In this document: piece by piece, positions 24,269 to 36,216 of the stretch | How positions within the stretch are numbered: position 1 is the stretch's first letter | Layout of the letters: every line of letters starts with the position of its first letter | Assembly (NCBI RefSeq): GCF_902459465.1 | Contig: NC_047074.1 | Span: 7,316,001-7,380,000, forward strand | From: Asterias rubens | Lineage: Eukaryota | Reading direction: 5' to 3' | Length of the DNA stretch: 64,000 nt | Program-made: the position numbers and the translations under genes | The notes under the pieces: generated by a model | Told to the model about the DNA's origin: nothing | Seen by the model: the letters and a program-made list of their open reading frames with translations, nothing else | The model's database searches: none

Positions 24269-26490
24269 AGTAACTTGCACAAGAAGGCAAAAACAAAACC
24301 AAGTAGTGGTGGACTAAATTTGAGATAAGAACCTGTATTACTAGCTTCAAATTAACCCTAGGAACCAGTGATAAAAGTTATGGGTGTCCCTTGCACCATC
24401 TGTACTGTACTGTTAGAATAAAAATTTACACTTTCCTCATAAAAGTGTCATTTGCCTTTGCCCTACAAGAGCAGAGTTCAAGACAGATGATGTACCCCCT
24501 ATTAATTTATTGACTGTTTACAGTTGCCATGGTTGCAAAAATGTTGCAAACAACCATGGCAACATGATGACAATAGTTTGACATTTCAACAAGGTCTCTG
24601 TGAACTTGTCTCTCGGTGGTATTTATACTGCAGTAGATACCAACGGCCTTCATTGGTCATTTAATGGTTTATGCAATGATCTGCTAGTGGTACATGTTGT
24701 GGTGCTCTAAAATTTGATCCAGATCCGGTGGGGTCTGACCAAGTTCAGGTCAGGCTGACCAGGAAACAGTTGAAAATAAAACTTTGCTTCGGATTCTGCA
24801 TCACATTGACCTGTTCCTGGGTCAAGCTGACATGGGTCAGGTTTACTGGGACCTGGGGTCGATTTCACACAGATTTAGGACTGGTCCTAACTTAGGAACA
24901 GTCCTAGAAGATATTTAAAACGTACCTTGCCTTAACCCGAGATAAGACTTGTCTTAACTCTTAGCGAATTCCAGCCTTGGGACCATTGACCTGGGTTTTT
25001 TAAGAGTGTGATACACAAGAGTTATAAGACAAGATCGTTCCCTCTTATTTTGAAGTATAGATCTTTTTATGCTGATGCAATAGACATGAACTCATTTTTT
25101 CAATCCTGACAATTTTCCCCGCCAACGTTTATTCGATTGGAAGTGTTCAAACAAGATGGTTAGAACATAGTCCAAATGAGAACATAGTTCTAATGTATTC
25201 AAAGTGAGTATAGTTCCAATACACATTGAAACTGGGACCTATAAACAAATAGGACGATTGGGTCCATGGATCGGGAAAGGTCCACAGTTGGAAAATGTGT
25301 GCAAAACCAATGGGGCTGTTGCAAAAAAAGTATAAACAAAAGAGGGACAATAGGAGGTCCACGGTTGCAGGCGTACACAAGCTTGTGTGAGTTTGGCAAT
25401 CTTCATAAGTCGAAAGGAGAATAAAACCCCCTAAAGCAGTACCCTGCATATTGCTACTCTGTTCCCACTTGATCTTTTGCTGAATCTCTGCCAAAGTCAC
25501 TGCTTGGTTTAGATTTCGTTGCAAGCTTGATTCTATGTCTGGACATTGTTCAAATGTCAAAGACATTAACGCAAAAAACAACTTTCAATTTTGACCTTTG
25601 AAAGTTTGAAGTATTTCCTTTTTCCAAATTACTTGTATTTTGTAGACAAGTTCCATGCGTGGTTTAATGTCTGTGAATAATAGGCTAGTGTTACAGTCAG
25701 GCAGAAACATAATTGTTTGTATGCAATTTGTAAATATTTCCTTTTCACCTTATATAAAAGAAACATAGGGGTATTGTGTATGCAAAAGTTTAGTCACTGT
25801 AGTTACTTTTAGCACTATTAGTACCACTCAAACAAACACATTTAAAAAAAAATAGATTTTTTGAGACTCACTTTTGGTCTTGAACAATTTAGTTGGGTCA
25901 CCAAACTTTTTCAAAAGCAGCAAGAACTATTGTCAACAAAAAATTGTATTGTTCCTTAAATTTTCCAGTTCAAAAATTTCAAATATTTATAAAAAAAAAA
26001 CAAAATGCCTCAAGAAATAGTAAGATTAGCCTCTTTTCATGATATTACCTCTACAGTAGGGAGTCCAATCAGGTATAGGTGGTGATCGTAGGATCCAGCG
26101 GTCACAGTCGAACACCTGAAATTTCACTCTGAATTGCCAGCCTAAAAGTTTGGAAACGGCTGTTCAATAGCATCAAACATACAAGGATTGCTGTAAAACA
26201 ATTTTCAATCTCTTGACTGAGGGGCTTTGACCTTTTGACAATTTTCAGACATGGAATAAGTTTCTCCCACTTAACCAGACAACCACAAGGCAGTCTAGGG
26301 GGGCCCCCAAATACTATAAATATCTCCCAATGAATCTGGTCTGACAAGGCTTAGCATATCCTTATATTGTTTCCATTTACACTGCTTATGTATTACTTAA
26401 CACCTTGACATGAAAACAAGGTTTTATACACAACAGAGTTTATTATCTGAACTCAAGAGTTATTTTAGTCAGCTCTGATGTTGATCTACA

Positions 26491-26777
26491 TTAAAAGCAC
26501 TGTACACTATAGGTAATAACTCAAAATAATTGTAAGCATAAAAACTGCTGAAGCTCCCTCTGAAGTTTTGTACTTTTTGTGAAAGAGGTTATTTCTCACT
26601 AAAATAATTGTATTGAATTTGGGTGATAGGAAAAACATGCAATTTCGAGGCATGTTTGTGTGGATAATTGTATTGTACTTTTAAAACATCTTTCTACCCA
26701 TGTGCATTGTATAACAAACGGTTACAGACGCTTTTCAAAGACCAACTCGACCGATCCAAGGCAACATGTTTCTTTAA
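26491..26777. mobile_element. Composite MITE: family A left arm plus family B arm
   Basis: 26491-26620 matches the family A end. 26636-26777 matches a family B arm. TTAA at both outer ends. Confidence 0.75.
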
Positions 26778-27505
26778 CTGCTTTAACAATCCTCGCGACT
26801 ACAGAGGACTGTTTTTGATGTATGTGGGCATATCAACACTTCTAATACGTCACATGCTCCTGCCTGCATTCCCGGAAAAACACTACTTGATCTTTTGAGG
26901 CCTGGTCCTATTTTTGAACAAACCATAAATTCCGGCGTACACACATGTAATGGACTACAGATTCCAGAAATTGTTATTGGTAATGCATATAGGTATGTAA
27001 AACACATGCGTTACATTAATGAGTGTAGATGTACTGCAAGAAAAGCCACTTCAGGCAAGATTGAATGTTATAGAGTACATCATTTTCAAAGCTAATAAGT
27101 AGTTCTACAAATTAGAAAGTCACTTTAGTCTGACAACTATTGAAATGTGGGAAATGTGTTCTTGTCACAATTTAAGCCTACCTAGTTATTTAGAATTAGT
27201 TAGGGTCATTATTGTGTTGCATGTGTTTACTTTAAGGTATAATGTACAGGTCTGTTATGTCTCATAAAAAATGCGCCCCTCAGAAAAAGTTTTGTTGTTA
27301 AAGTTCTTCAAATCATTTTTTTTTTAATAAAAAAGAAAACCCTTCAATAACATGACCACTTTCTCTGTATAATTCCTTGATTGCAATCATATTTACTCTT
27401 CAATAGTTTTATCACCTACAATCCTCAACTAGAAGATAGATGATAACTTAATTGTGTTGGTGTGCTATTTTATTTATTAATTTTTTTTTTTTTTTTGAAA
27501 AAGCA

Positions 27506-27734
27506 GGAAGACATCTTTTCAAACGTTAGTGTAGAAAAATAGAAATGTCTTTTAATCAAATCATAAAATCCCTGATTTGTCAAATAAAAACCCTCAATGT
27601 AGCACACCAACATTACCTTCGGAATTCTGTTGGTGTGCTACATTAAGGGTTTTTATTTGACAAATCAGGGATTTTATGATTTGATTAAAAGACATTTCTA
27701 TTTTTCTATACTAACGTTTGAAAAGATGTCTTCC
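27506..27734. repeat. 229-bp near-perfect palindrome (107-bp arms, 15-nt loop)
   Basis: 27506-27612 vs 27628-27734: 2 substitutions and 1 indel. Confidence 0.95.
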
Positions 27735-28036
27735 CTATTTGACGATTTCTCTCTCCCAACATTCATTGCCACCTACTATTAAGAGGAGGGTTTAGGACAC
27801 AACTCATGGGAGTATTTCTTCAGGATGTCGGGCGTTGAATGATTCCACGCTGGGCAATATTGATACAGACTTTACCCAACAGTGGAACGATTGCTGAACT
27901 GGGCTGATTCATTGTTTGGAACGATGCCAAATGTTCCATTGGCCCATATTTGGTCTGAACCAAACAACAATGCCCTACAACATTTGGGATTATCATAAAC
28001 TGGTTCATAGAAGCCCCAGCCTAAATGATGTGTGAA

Positions 28037-28425
28037 TTAAAGGCAGTGGACACTATTGGTAACTACTCAAATAATGATTATCATAAAACCTACTTGGTAA
28101 GGAGTAATGGGGAGAGGTTGATAGTATAAAACTTTGTGAGAATCGGCTCCCTCTGAAGTAATGTAGTTTTCGGGAAAGATTTGTTTTTCCACGAATTCGA
28201 TTTTGAGACCTCAGATTTAGAATTTGAGGTCTCAAAATCAAGCATCTGAAAGCACACAACTTCAGGTGACAAGGGTGTTCTTTTCTTCCATTATTATCTC
28301 GCAACTGCAATGACCAATTGAGCTCAAATTTTCACAGGTTTGGTATTTTATGCATATGTTGAGATACATCAAGTGAGAAGACTGGATTTTGACAACTACC
28401 ATTAATAGTGTCCAGTGTCTTTTAA
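28037..28425. mobile_element. Kolobok-type MITE family A
   Basis: TIRs with TTAA at both ends. Confidence 0.9.
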
Positions 28426-29242
28426 CAAAAGAAAAAAAACCTGTAAGTTTTGAAGGAATACTGATCAAGATCTTGGGAATTCCTTCAAGAAAAAAACTCA
28501 TATCTACCTAAAAAGTTCCTTATTATAACAACACTGCCTCAAATACATATAGCACATGAGCAAATCAAAATATATTCATTGGCAACTTGAAAAGTTGTCT
28601 TAACACATGTAGTTATATCACGTTCAAAAGCTTTCCCAAAGTTATAAAATGCTAGAAATTTCCTGGAAATGCGGACTGAAAAAAGAAAGAAAGGTGGATG
28701 ATAATAGTAGCATGTGTACAGACAAATAATAATATGGCTCGAACAAGTGAGCAAAGCAAAATGAGGGAGGGGGGAGGGACACGACATACATAATGAAAGA
28801 TTGTCAATGTCAGATGAGAATTAAGGATCTGGTAAAGCGATTTCATTCTGCAGTACCTAATACACCAATTACCTGTTAACCAGCTGTGCACCTTACTAAA
28901 TATGTGCAGCCTTACTGACCTCTGACCTCCAGGGGTCATATCCAAAGATGACAAGGTCGAGGTTAATATGAAAATGTCACTGACATCCAACAGAGATAAG
29001 TTCCTGGAATAGATGTTTACATGGTCCCTAACTGTCTCCGACCAAACAAAAAACATATTTGGTTGTATTTTTATTATTATTAAAACCAGTCTGAAACGAC
29101 ATAGGCGGAAGTCTCACTACCATCTACAGTGGAAAGAACTTGAAAGCTTTTTGCCAATAGATTATAAATCATTTCTATATTGCATCCTGTTGAAAATATG
29201 TTTAAAACTATTTTATAACAAACTCTCTTGGGAAAGGAATAC

Positions 29243-29589
29243 CTAAAGGCACTGTACCCTATTGGTAATTACTCATAATAAAGTTTAGAATAAAAACTTA
29301 CTTGGTTATGAGTAATGCAGAGCTGTTGATGGTATAAAACATTGTAAGAAACGGCTCCCTCTGAGGTAACAGTGTTTTTTAGAAAGTAGTAATTTCTCAC
29401 TAAAATATTTGCGTTGAATTTGAGAACTTAGTTGAGGTTTCGAATTCAATCATCTAAAAGCACACAACTTGTTTGACAAAGGTGTTGCTCTTCCATTATT
29501 CTCTTGCAACTTCACGACGACCAATTGAGCTCAAATTTTCACAGGTTTGTTATTTTTATGCATGTGTTGAGATACACCAGTGCCTTTAA
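29243..29589. mobile_element. Kolobok-type MITE family A with subterminal deletion
   Basis: CTAA-AGGCACTG...CAGTGCCT-TTAA. Shares its right TTAA with the next element. Confidence 0.85.
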
Positions 29590-29970
29590 AGGAACAACAG
29601 AATTGGTCAGACACAAAATCGTGAAGATCACAGATTTACATCAAACTTACGTGGTCTAATGATGATGATAGTAGAAAATAACCCTTGAAATATTTCTGTC
29701 TGAAATGTCATATTTGATGAGAAATAAATAATCTAATTTCACATTTGGAGTTTATTGCTCAGTGAGAGTTTTATTCATTTTTTTGTTTGCATCAATGTCA
29801 TAAAAAAAAGTGTAATTAGGTTTTTCACTATTTTCTCGTGACCCAGATGGCCGATTGATCTCAAACTTCTACAGGTGTGTCAGTTTATGAATATGGTGGA
29901 CTACATAAAGTGCTTACACTGCCAGCCACTTTTCTTTATTAGCAAAAACCAATTCTGTAATGTTCCTTAA
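29586..29970. mobile_element. Kolobok-type MITE family C
   Basis: TTAA-AGGAACAACAGAATTGG...CCAATTCTGTAATGTTCC-TTAA. Reverse complement of 36217-36587. Confidence 0.88.
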
Positions 29971-32900
29971 ACTACCAATAAACTCTCAGGAATGTAGCGG
30001 GTCCAAAGTAAAGTCCTAATTGTGTCAACTGAGCCATCATCACAACATAACTACAGTGTGTCTTATCAGATGAAAGTTGATTTCAAACATCAATGTTTCT
30101 CAATCAACTGATCAGCCTATCCATGATTTTGCAATTCATCTGTTCTGTCTTGCTTTCTACTCACCGACAATCAATTCACTTGTGCACTGGCCTCCCCACA
30201 ATCAAGAAACATTGTCTGCTTCTCTCAATTTAGTCTTCCAAGCTTCTAAAATGGATTTGACAATCTTCAGTATTTGAAACATAATATTGCCACCATGACC
30301 AAAACAGTTCTCACAGTACAGAAACGTTCTCCAAAAGGATAATCATTACGGCCCTCACCAACAGATCCATGCCCTTGAGCATTCACAAGCAACTTAGGCA
30401 CTAACGCGTGGGAAGGGCTTTTACTTCAACTTAAGGCAATATAACATCACAGACTGGGACAAAAGGCAGTCACAGACCAGCCACAGACGGAGAAAGAAAG
30501 AAAGAAATCCTTTGCTTTTTCACAGGAACTACAAAGGAACGTTGTTGCTTCTTTTGAAACGGCCTGGCACTCCTCTGGGACAATTAACAGCGTATATCTT
30601 TTATTTGTGTCTGGGCCAAGACTTGGACAGCACGGCCCGTGGGGTTTTCTCTAACAGAAACAGGATAGGTCTAACAGGTTTTTTGTACTTTTTTTTCCCG
30701 AAATCAAATTCTCACTCGTTCAGTTTCTCTTTATGAAAGTTCTTTCATCGTTTGCCATTCCCTCGGTTTAAGAGGGAACACTCTTGGCGATAAGCTGACC
30801 CGAGATTCAAAAACCTGTCAAATAGCATTTCACTGGTGCATCAATATTCAAACTCTGTTCTTCTCAATAGAAAAGCTTAGGGTCCGTATCTGACGTCTTG
30901 GTTACCCTGAAGCGTACAAAGCAGGAACAACAAGATTTGCCGTTGAAATTCCTGCGTGTGGGGGCCGTATAAAAACAAGCACAATGAGAAAGGAAAAAAA
31001 GGCATTGTGTAGTTTGTGGTAAACTTCTTTTTGCTTTCGTAAAGAGATTTAGAGTTTTCACTTTTAGCAGTGAACCTTGCAAGAATTCACACATTTGTTT
31101 GTATACCATGAAAATAATGTTTGTGTGCTGGGATAAATTTGTTTCAAATTCATGAAGAATTTTTCACAAATCTGGGTGAGTAGATTCTGATATATTCTGA
31201 TTCATTACTGTGGCTAAAAACTTAACCAAAACTGTGTCTAAGAAACTAACGAAAACTTTACAAAGAAACCCACATATACCCTAACTGATTTCTATGATAA
31301 ACAAGACATATATTTCTTCATTTTCTATGTTCGTTGTTTGATTATTGACAACAAAAATATTTGTCTCCAACTTCTGATCTACAAAGGTAATGGGAGAAAG
31401 CCTTCCAATTATTCAAACAAGCTGGTTACTATATGCTGAGAACAATCGTTCAAAACAATTTATAAATTGGAGGGGCCCAAAATCCCTTTCGCTCAGGTAT
31501 AAGGCCCAAAGAGGCTTAGAAAACTTCATCATGCACTGGGCAGCTGCCATAGGCGGTTTGAATAAGAACACTTGCCATTGGTCTCCTGTGCAGTAATAAG
31601 AATTAAACATCAATAAATTAAACAGCCAATGAAATAATTTGTTACTGCCGAGTTATCCGCTAAAACGAGCATAAGAAAAAAAACAAGGATTTAAAAGCAG
31701 GAAAAAGAAGTTTGTGTGAACTTTATTATGAGCTTTTCAGCATTTGGAATGTCCATGAGTTTTGTGCTTGCGTGTGTGGCTCTAAAAATGGCAGATAATG
31801 GGAAACTTCCACACCCTACATGCAGAGAATGTCCCCTAAACAACCTATTTCTGCAACCAAAATGTCACATAAGAATTTAGCTTACTGAAAACACTAAATT
31901 ATTCATTTTCCTCAACATTTCTTACCCAAACAAGCTAAAAATTACCAGTTGTGCTTTAGACCGGGACAAAAAAAGTTGTAAAAAAAATGTCTATGAAAGC
32001 ATGGCTAGCCATGTGCGACGACTTCACATGTTTCGTTTGTGTTTGGCTGTATGCAACTTAGCGCGGAGAAATCATAAAGCGTGGAAAATCTGCGCACCTG
32101 TGCACAGGTAAATCCCAAATGGTTGGGTAATCAGTGCTATCACGTAAAGCACCAATACATGCTTGACCTTTTACTATTGTACTCTGCAGAGATCAGACAT
32201 TCAAGTTTTCATTTGAACAAGTTATTATGTTTTCTGAGCAATATTACACCACTATGTTTTGATTGATAATGACATGAAATAAATGTATCTGAAATGAAAA
32301 AAATTCCCATCCATTGCATCTGGTATAGAAGACACCAAACAAACTTGGTGCATAAAGTAAAATTAAAAGTGGAACGTTCGCAAATAATGCACGTTTTAAT
32401 ATTAGCAGGTACAACTATATACTTATTTTCCTTTTTTGCCAGGACACTTTGTGTTTTAAGTACTCAGTACTTCCCCGAATCCCTGTAAACAAAGCCAACA
32501 CCTATCACTTTGATGTTACATTAGTTCAAAGAGCTGCTGAAGAATGGACCATTGATAAACGGAGTAAATTCCAACTGTTTTTCTTCCTAAAGAAACGGGT
32601 TAACAGACCAATGTATTGTAGAGTTGGTCCCCGGTCCCAGGTAACTGTTTTCTTTCAGAGGTTTGAAGTACATGTACAATCTAGTAGCGACGGCACAGTT
32701 GTACGGTTTAACATCAACACTTGAGCACATATTCAAAAGGGGGCCACTGGCCCAGATGATTGCTATCAACATTTAAACAAAATTTCATCATTTTGACCAA
32801 GAACTTGTCCAGGGGTCGGGAACACTGACCTACAAAAAGTGAAGATTTGATGGAAGTACTGAAAACACATCCACAGATGTTGTTTTTATTGACTGAGCAG

Positions 32901-33225
32901 ATGTCTCCCTAAGACTGTACCCATGCTGCAACCATCATCATATTATTCAATAATCATCAAAAGTGATTCTCAATTACCAGGAGAAAAAAAAAAAACCCAA
33001 GTTTGGTTTCATTGATTTGAAGAGAAAGAAGACAAAATAGCCGGTCATTGGATACAATTTATTACCACAACCCACGAGTTAACATAACAATGTTTACAAC
33101 TTTTCCAGTCACCATGATTGGACATTTTTTCACCAGAATATTCAACCTATTTCTAGAGACCAGCCATGACGGCTCAGACTAGAAGATGTCACTTGTCATA
33201 CTTCTGTCATATGTCTGATAAAGTA

Positions 33226-33435
33226 AAGCCCCTTTCACACAAACACAATTTAGCAAGGGTCCTTTGCTAAATTGTAACAATGTTGTACAATTTTACAAAA
33301 TGTACCTCGTGTAATAGGACAGCAATTTGTCTACCGTCCAAGTTCTTTTGCAAAAGCTGGTCAAACCTTGCTATATTTTACATCTATGCTAAAATTAAGC
33401 AAAGGACCCAAGTTAAATTGCTGCTGTGTGAATAT
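33226..33435. mobile_element. Degraded MITE (AAGCCCCTTTCACAC end); arm fragment also at 17358-17412
   Basis: Internal inverted match CAATTTAGCAAGGGTCCTTTGCT / AAGCAAAGGACCCAAGTTAAATTG. Confidence 0.5.
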
Positions 33436-34129
33436 TTATCATAAGCCCATGCTAAGTATAAAAAATACCTGTGGATCAAATACATCTAGCAAATAGTATG
33501 TTAATGTGAATGATCCTGAATGGTTAATTGCTTATAATGTAAAAGTTTCAGAAAACAAATGTTGTAATAACAAAATTATTAAAACAAAAACAATCACAAA
33601 TATTGATATATAAAATTTATGTGAATCACAATCTCTTATTGCGACACAATCCAAATCTTTACAAAAACCGCCCGAGGAAAAAAGCAAACAAACAAACTGA
33701 AAACCCGTAGATTGACGGTGGGAATCAGTTGATGAAAGCATTAAACATTCCATAGATATTGTTACTTCATCGGCATCAGGAATTCTCAGAGGTAAAAGGT
33801 TAAAGGTTATCAAACTGTATCTTGAAAACTCTCTAATCCAAAATGCAAATATCAAGCAGGAAAAAACAACATTCAGAAAAAAAAACGTTGTTTCAGTTTC
33901 AGGGGCAAATGTTGTCATGCATATTGAAAAAGATTACATTCAAGAAATCTGCGATGAACATTGAATGTAACACAGATTTGTTGATGATGGTCAACATGGA
34001 GCAAAACTTCTTCTTTCATTAACTACTTAAGCAGGTGAGCTGGGGGGGCGGGGAGAAACAACAAGTTGTTGGCTTGGCAAAATAACAAACAATGAACTCA
34101 AGAAATTGGAAACAAAAATGCGGACCTAC

Positions 34130-34291
34130 CTTGAGGGAATCAAAGCAAGCTGTGACCCGTCCGTTCTCCACCACGACTGACTTGGCCGGGTGCGCGTACT
34201 TGCACTCGGTGTCCGATCTCTTGCATGCACCACGCTGGAACTCACGACAGGCCTCGAGCATAAGCCACTGTGTGTCTCTGACTACAGCCAT
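34130..34291 (-). CDS. mbnl: Muscleblind-like protein, first coding exon (54 aa: CCCH zinc finger 1 plus start of zinc finger 2)
   Basis: Translation [54 protein letters not shown] matches the muscleblind N-terminus (RDxxWL.LE.CREFQRG.C.R.D.ECK.AHP...ENGRV.ACFDSLK). ATG at 34291-34289. Phase-0 donor AAG|GTAGGT at 34130/34129, the intron position conserved in fly and vertebrate orthologues. Confidence 0.95.
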
Positions 34292-35013
34292 AATGAAGCG
34301 GCAACAACCGCCACAGTCCAAGTTGGCTGGATCAGCTCAATAGTGAGGGAGTCTCAAGCACTAGGTTCGCTGGCACGTACTCACAATTCACGTGGTGTTT
34401 TCCACAAGGGGGGGGGGGGGGGTGGCAAGGGGGGTTCTAGAAGGGGGATTTATTGTTGTTATTGATGGCTGGCTTGGTTATGGGGCAGTGCTTTTTCTGT
34501 ACACTGGGGTCACAGGTCAACGCCAAGGCTTCCTTCTTGTGGCCGGGATTCCGAGTGAAGTTCAGTGAATGAGTGATTTCTGTCTGGCAACAATGCAGTG
34601 CACACCGGTACACAACAGTAGCAAGTGGTACACACTGTGCATGAGTGCTCTCTGTGTCACACCAGGCAAGTCTAAGGCAGCATGTAATTTAACGGGCTGG
34701 CAAGCTGACCACGCATAGGGGGTATAAGAAATATTGGAGGAAAAAAACAACACACGGCAAGAACAGTGAGTTTTGCTTGGGGTTGCCAAATACTAAAAAA
34801 AACTTCAAAGTTCAGAGGCCATCGATTGACAAATCTCAGGTGGCGGTGGGAACTTCATGAAGCAGGGTCGTCCACAGCGATGGTAATGGTGACGTCAACA
34901 ACATAGACAGGCAAAAAATACTGGTGATGCTAATGCTATAAAACCCAAATTATTTAGTCCATGAGCGCGGGCCGATTGGGTAAAGAAACTAGTAGCGGTT
35001 GGTAGCGTTGGTA

Positions 35014-35037
35014 GGCAGGCAAGCAGGCAGGCAGGCA
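35014..35037 (-). repeat. Six tandem UGCY units (CCUG-type tract) in the mbnl 5'UTR
   Basis: Plus strand GGCA GGCA AGCA GGCA GGCA GGCA. Confidence 0.95.
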
Positions 35038-36216
35038 AACCAGGGTTGTAGTGTGCAGTGTGTGGGTGGTGTGCTAAGAGAGAGCGGTAGGTTGTTGAAG
35101 GCAACGGCAGCGGGTGTTCGTTTCTACTGTCCTTGGACTTGGCCAGCCAGGAGCTAGAGTTTTATTTGTTTCCAGTCCTGTGGGGGAACACACAGACAAA
35201 AGACGGGCACAGGGGGAGAGGGAAAGAGACACAAGAGAAAGGAGAGAAAAAAAGAAAAGCATGCATGAGCTCAAGTGAGGTGAAACTAAATCAAAAACAG
35301 CAAGCAGCATTTTTTATCAATCCGTTACCAACCTTTGATGTTGCCCTTTTTTACAAGGTCAGAGGCAAAGCTTTTTGTATTGGCTTCAGCTTATAGACAG
35401 AGTTTGACACCTCTCTGGTCCAATAAAATCAAGGATAGCATTCTTTCTGTCAGGTATAAATGCACCGGTTGGGGCTTAAAATCTGACTTACATATTTTTA
35501 TACTTAGAACAACACAATCGTGGATTTAGTTTATCCAGTCAAATGGAATAACAAACCCAAAACACCTTGAATCTAAACATGAATTACTTCTGCTTGTTTT
35601 TCCGCATGCCCAAATGTTCCCCATCCAAAACCAATCATGAAAACAAATTCGAGAGACTTTTCCAACAAAGAATTGTTCAAAAGAAAAAGAAAACCCACCC
35701 TTGTACAACATTTTGCATTTTGTAAACCATGCATGATAAGAAATGAATGCAGGATCTGGAGTGGAGCACATGTAAAATAAACATGTTATCCAGGGAGACG
35801 TCCCCCTTACTACATGCATGATGAATTTAAACATGAAGTCTAGGTACTATACATCATCCAATGTTAGCAACAAACTATTTAAATAAGCTATGTATGAGAT
35901 GATAGCCCTAAGAAATACATTTCTAAAATGTGTGTTTCAAATGTTTAATAAACCGAATATGAAATTCTCTTTTTGAAATCTTGTTCTACTAAATTAACTT
36001 ATAAAAAAAAACAGAACATCTTTTCATTAGTTATTAAAGGGAAAATACTACAAATTTATTATGAATAGGCATTAGTCTTGATGGATCAATCTTTGACCTA
36101 GACCCCACGTGTACCAATCATCACTGCATGATTTTCATTACTTGGAAAAGAGGGCCAGGCTATATTTGTTCCCGCCAGCCTTGGTTTTCTCACAATGATT
36201 TGAAAAAAAAATAAAC

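Larger units (their letters stand above)
34130..35177 (-). other. mbnl: Full mbnl exon: 886-nt 5'UTR plus 162-nt CDS (1048 nt)
   Basis: Strong acceptor on minus strand: about 80-nt AG-free pyrimidine tract (35181-35260) ending TTCCCCCACAG|GAC at 35178/35177. Donor at 34129. Confidence 0.75.

Noticed and set aside
31600-31720. Strong-looking minus-strand acceptor TTTTAG at 31660 with a 60-nt AG-free tract
   Set aside because: No convincing donor downstream, and A-rich tracts arise easily in this composition. It could only be an alternative terminal exon, and there is no supporting evidence.
1-34129. Second mbnl coding exon (GRC.R..CKY.HP)
   Set aside because: Not seen in the ORF track or by eye. 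It probably lies beyond the window start, but my scan was not exhaustive and a tBLASTn would settle it.
34019-34321. ORF-track 100-aa ORF as the complete gene
   Set aside because: It starts at a TTG upstream of the real ATG (34291) and runs through the splice donor at 34129 into intron. Only 34291-34130 is homologous to muscleblind.
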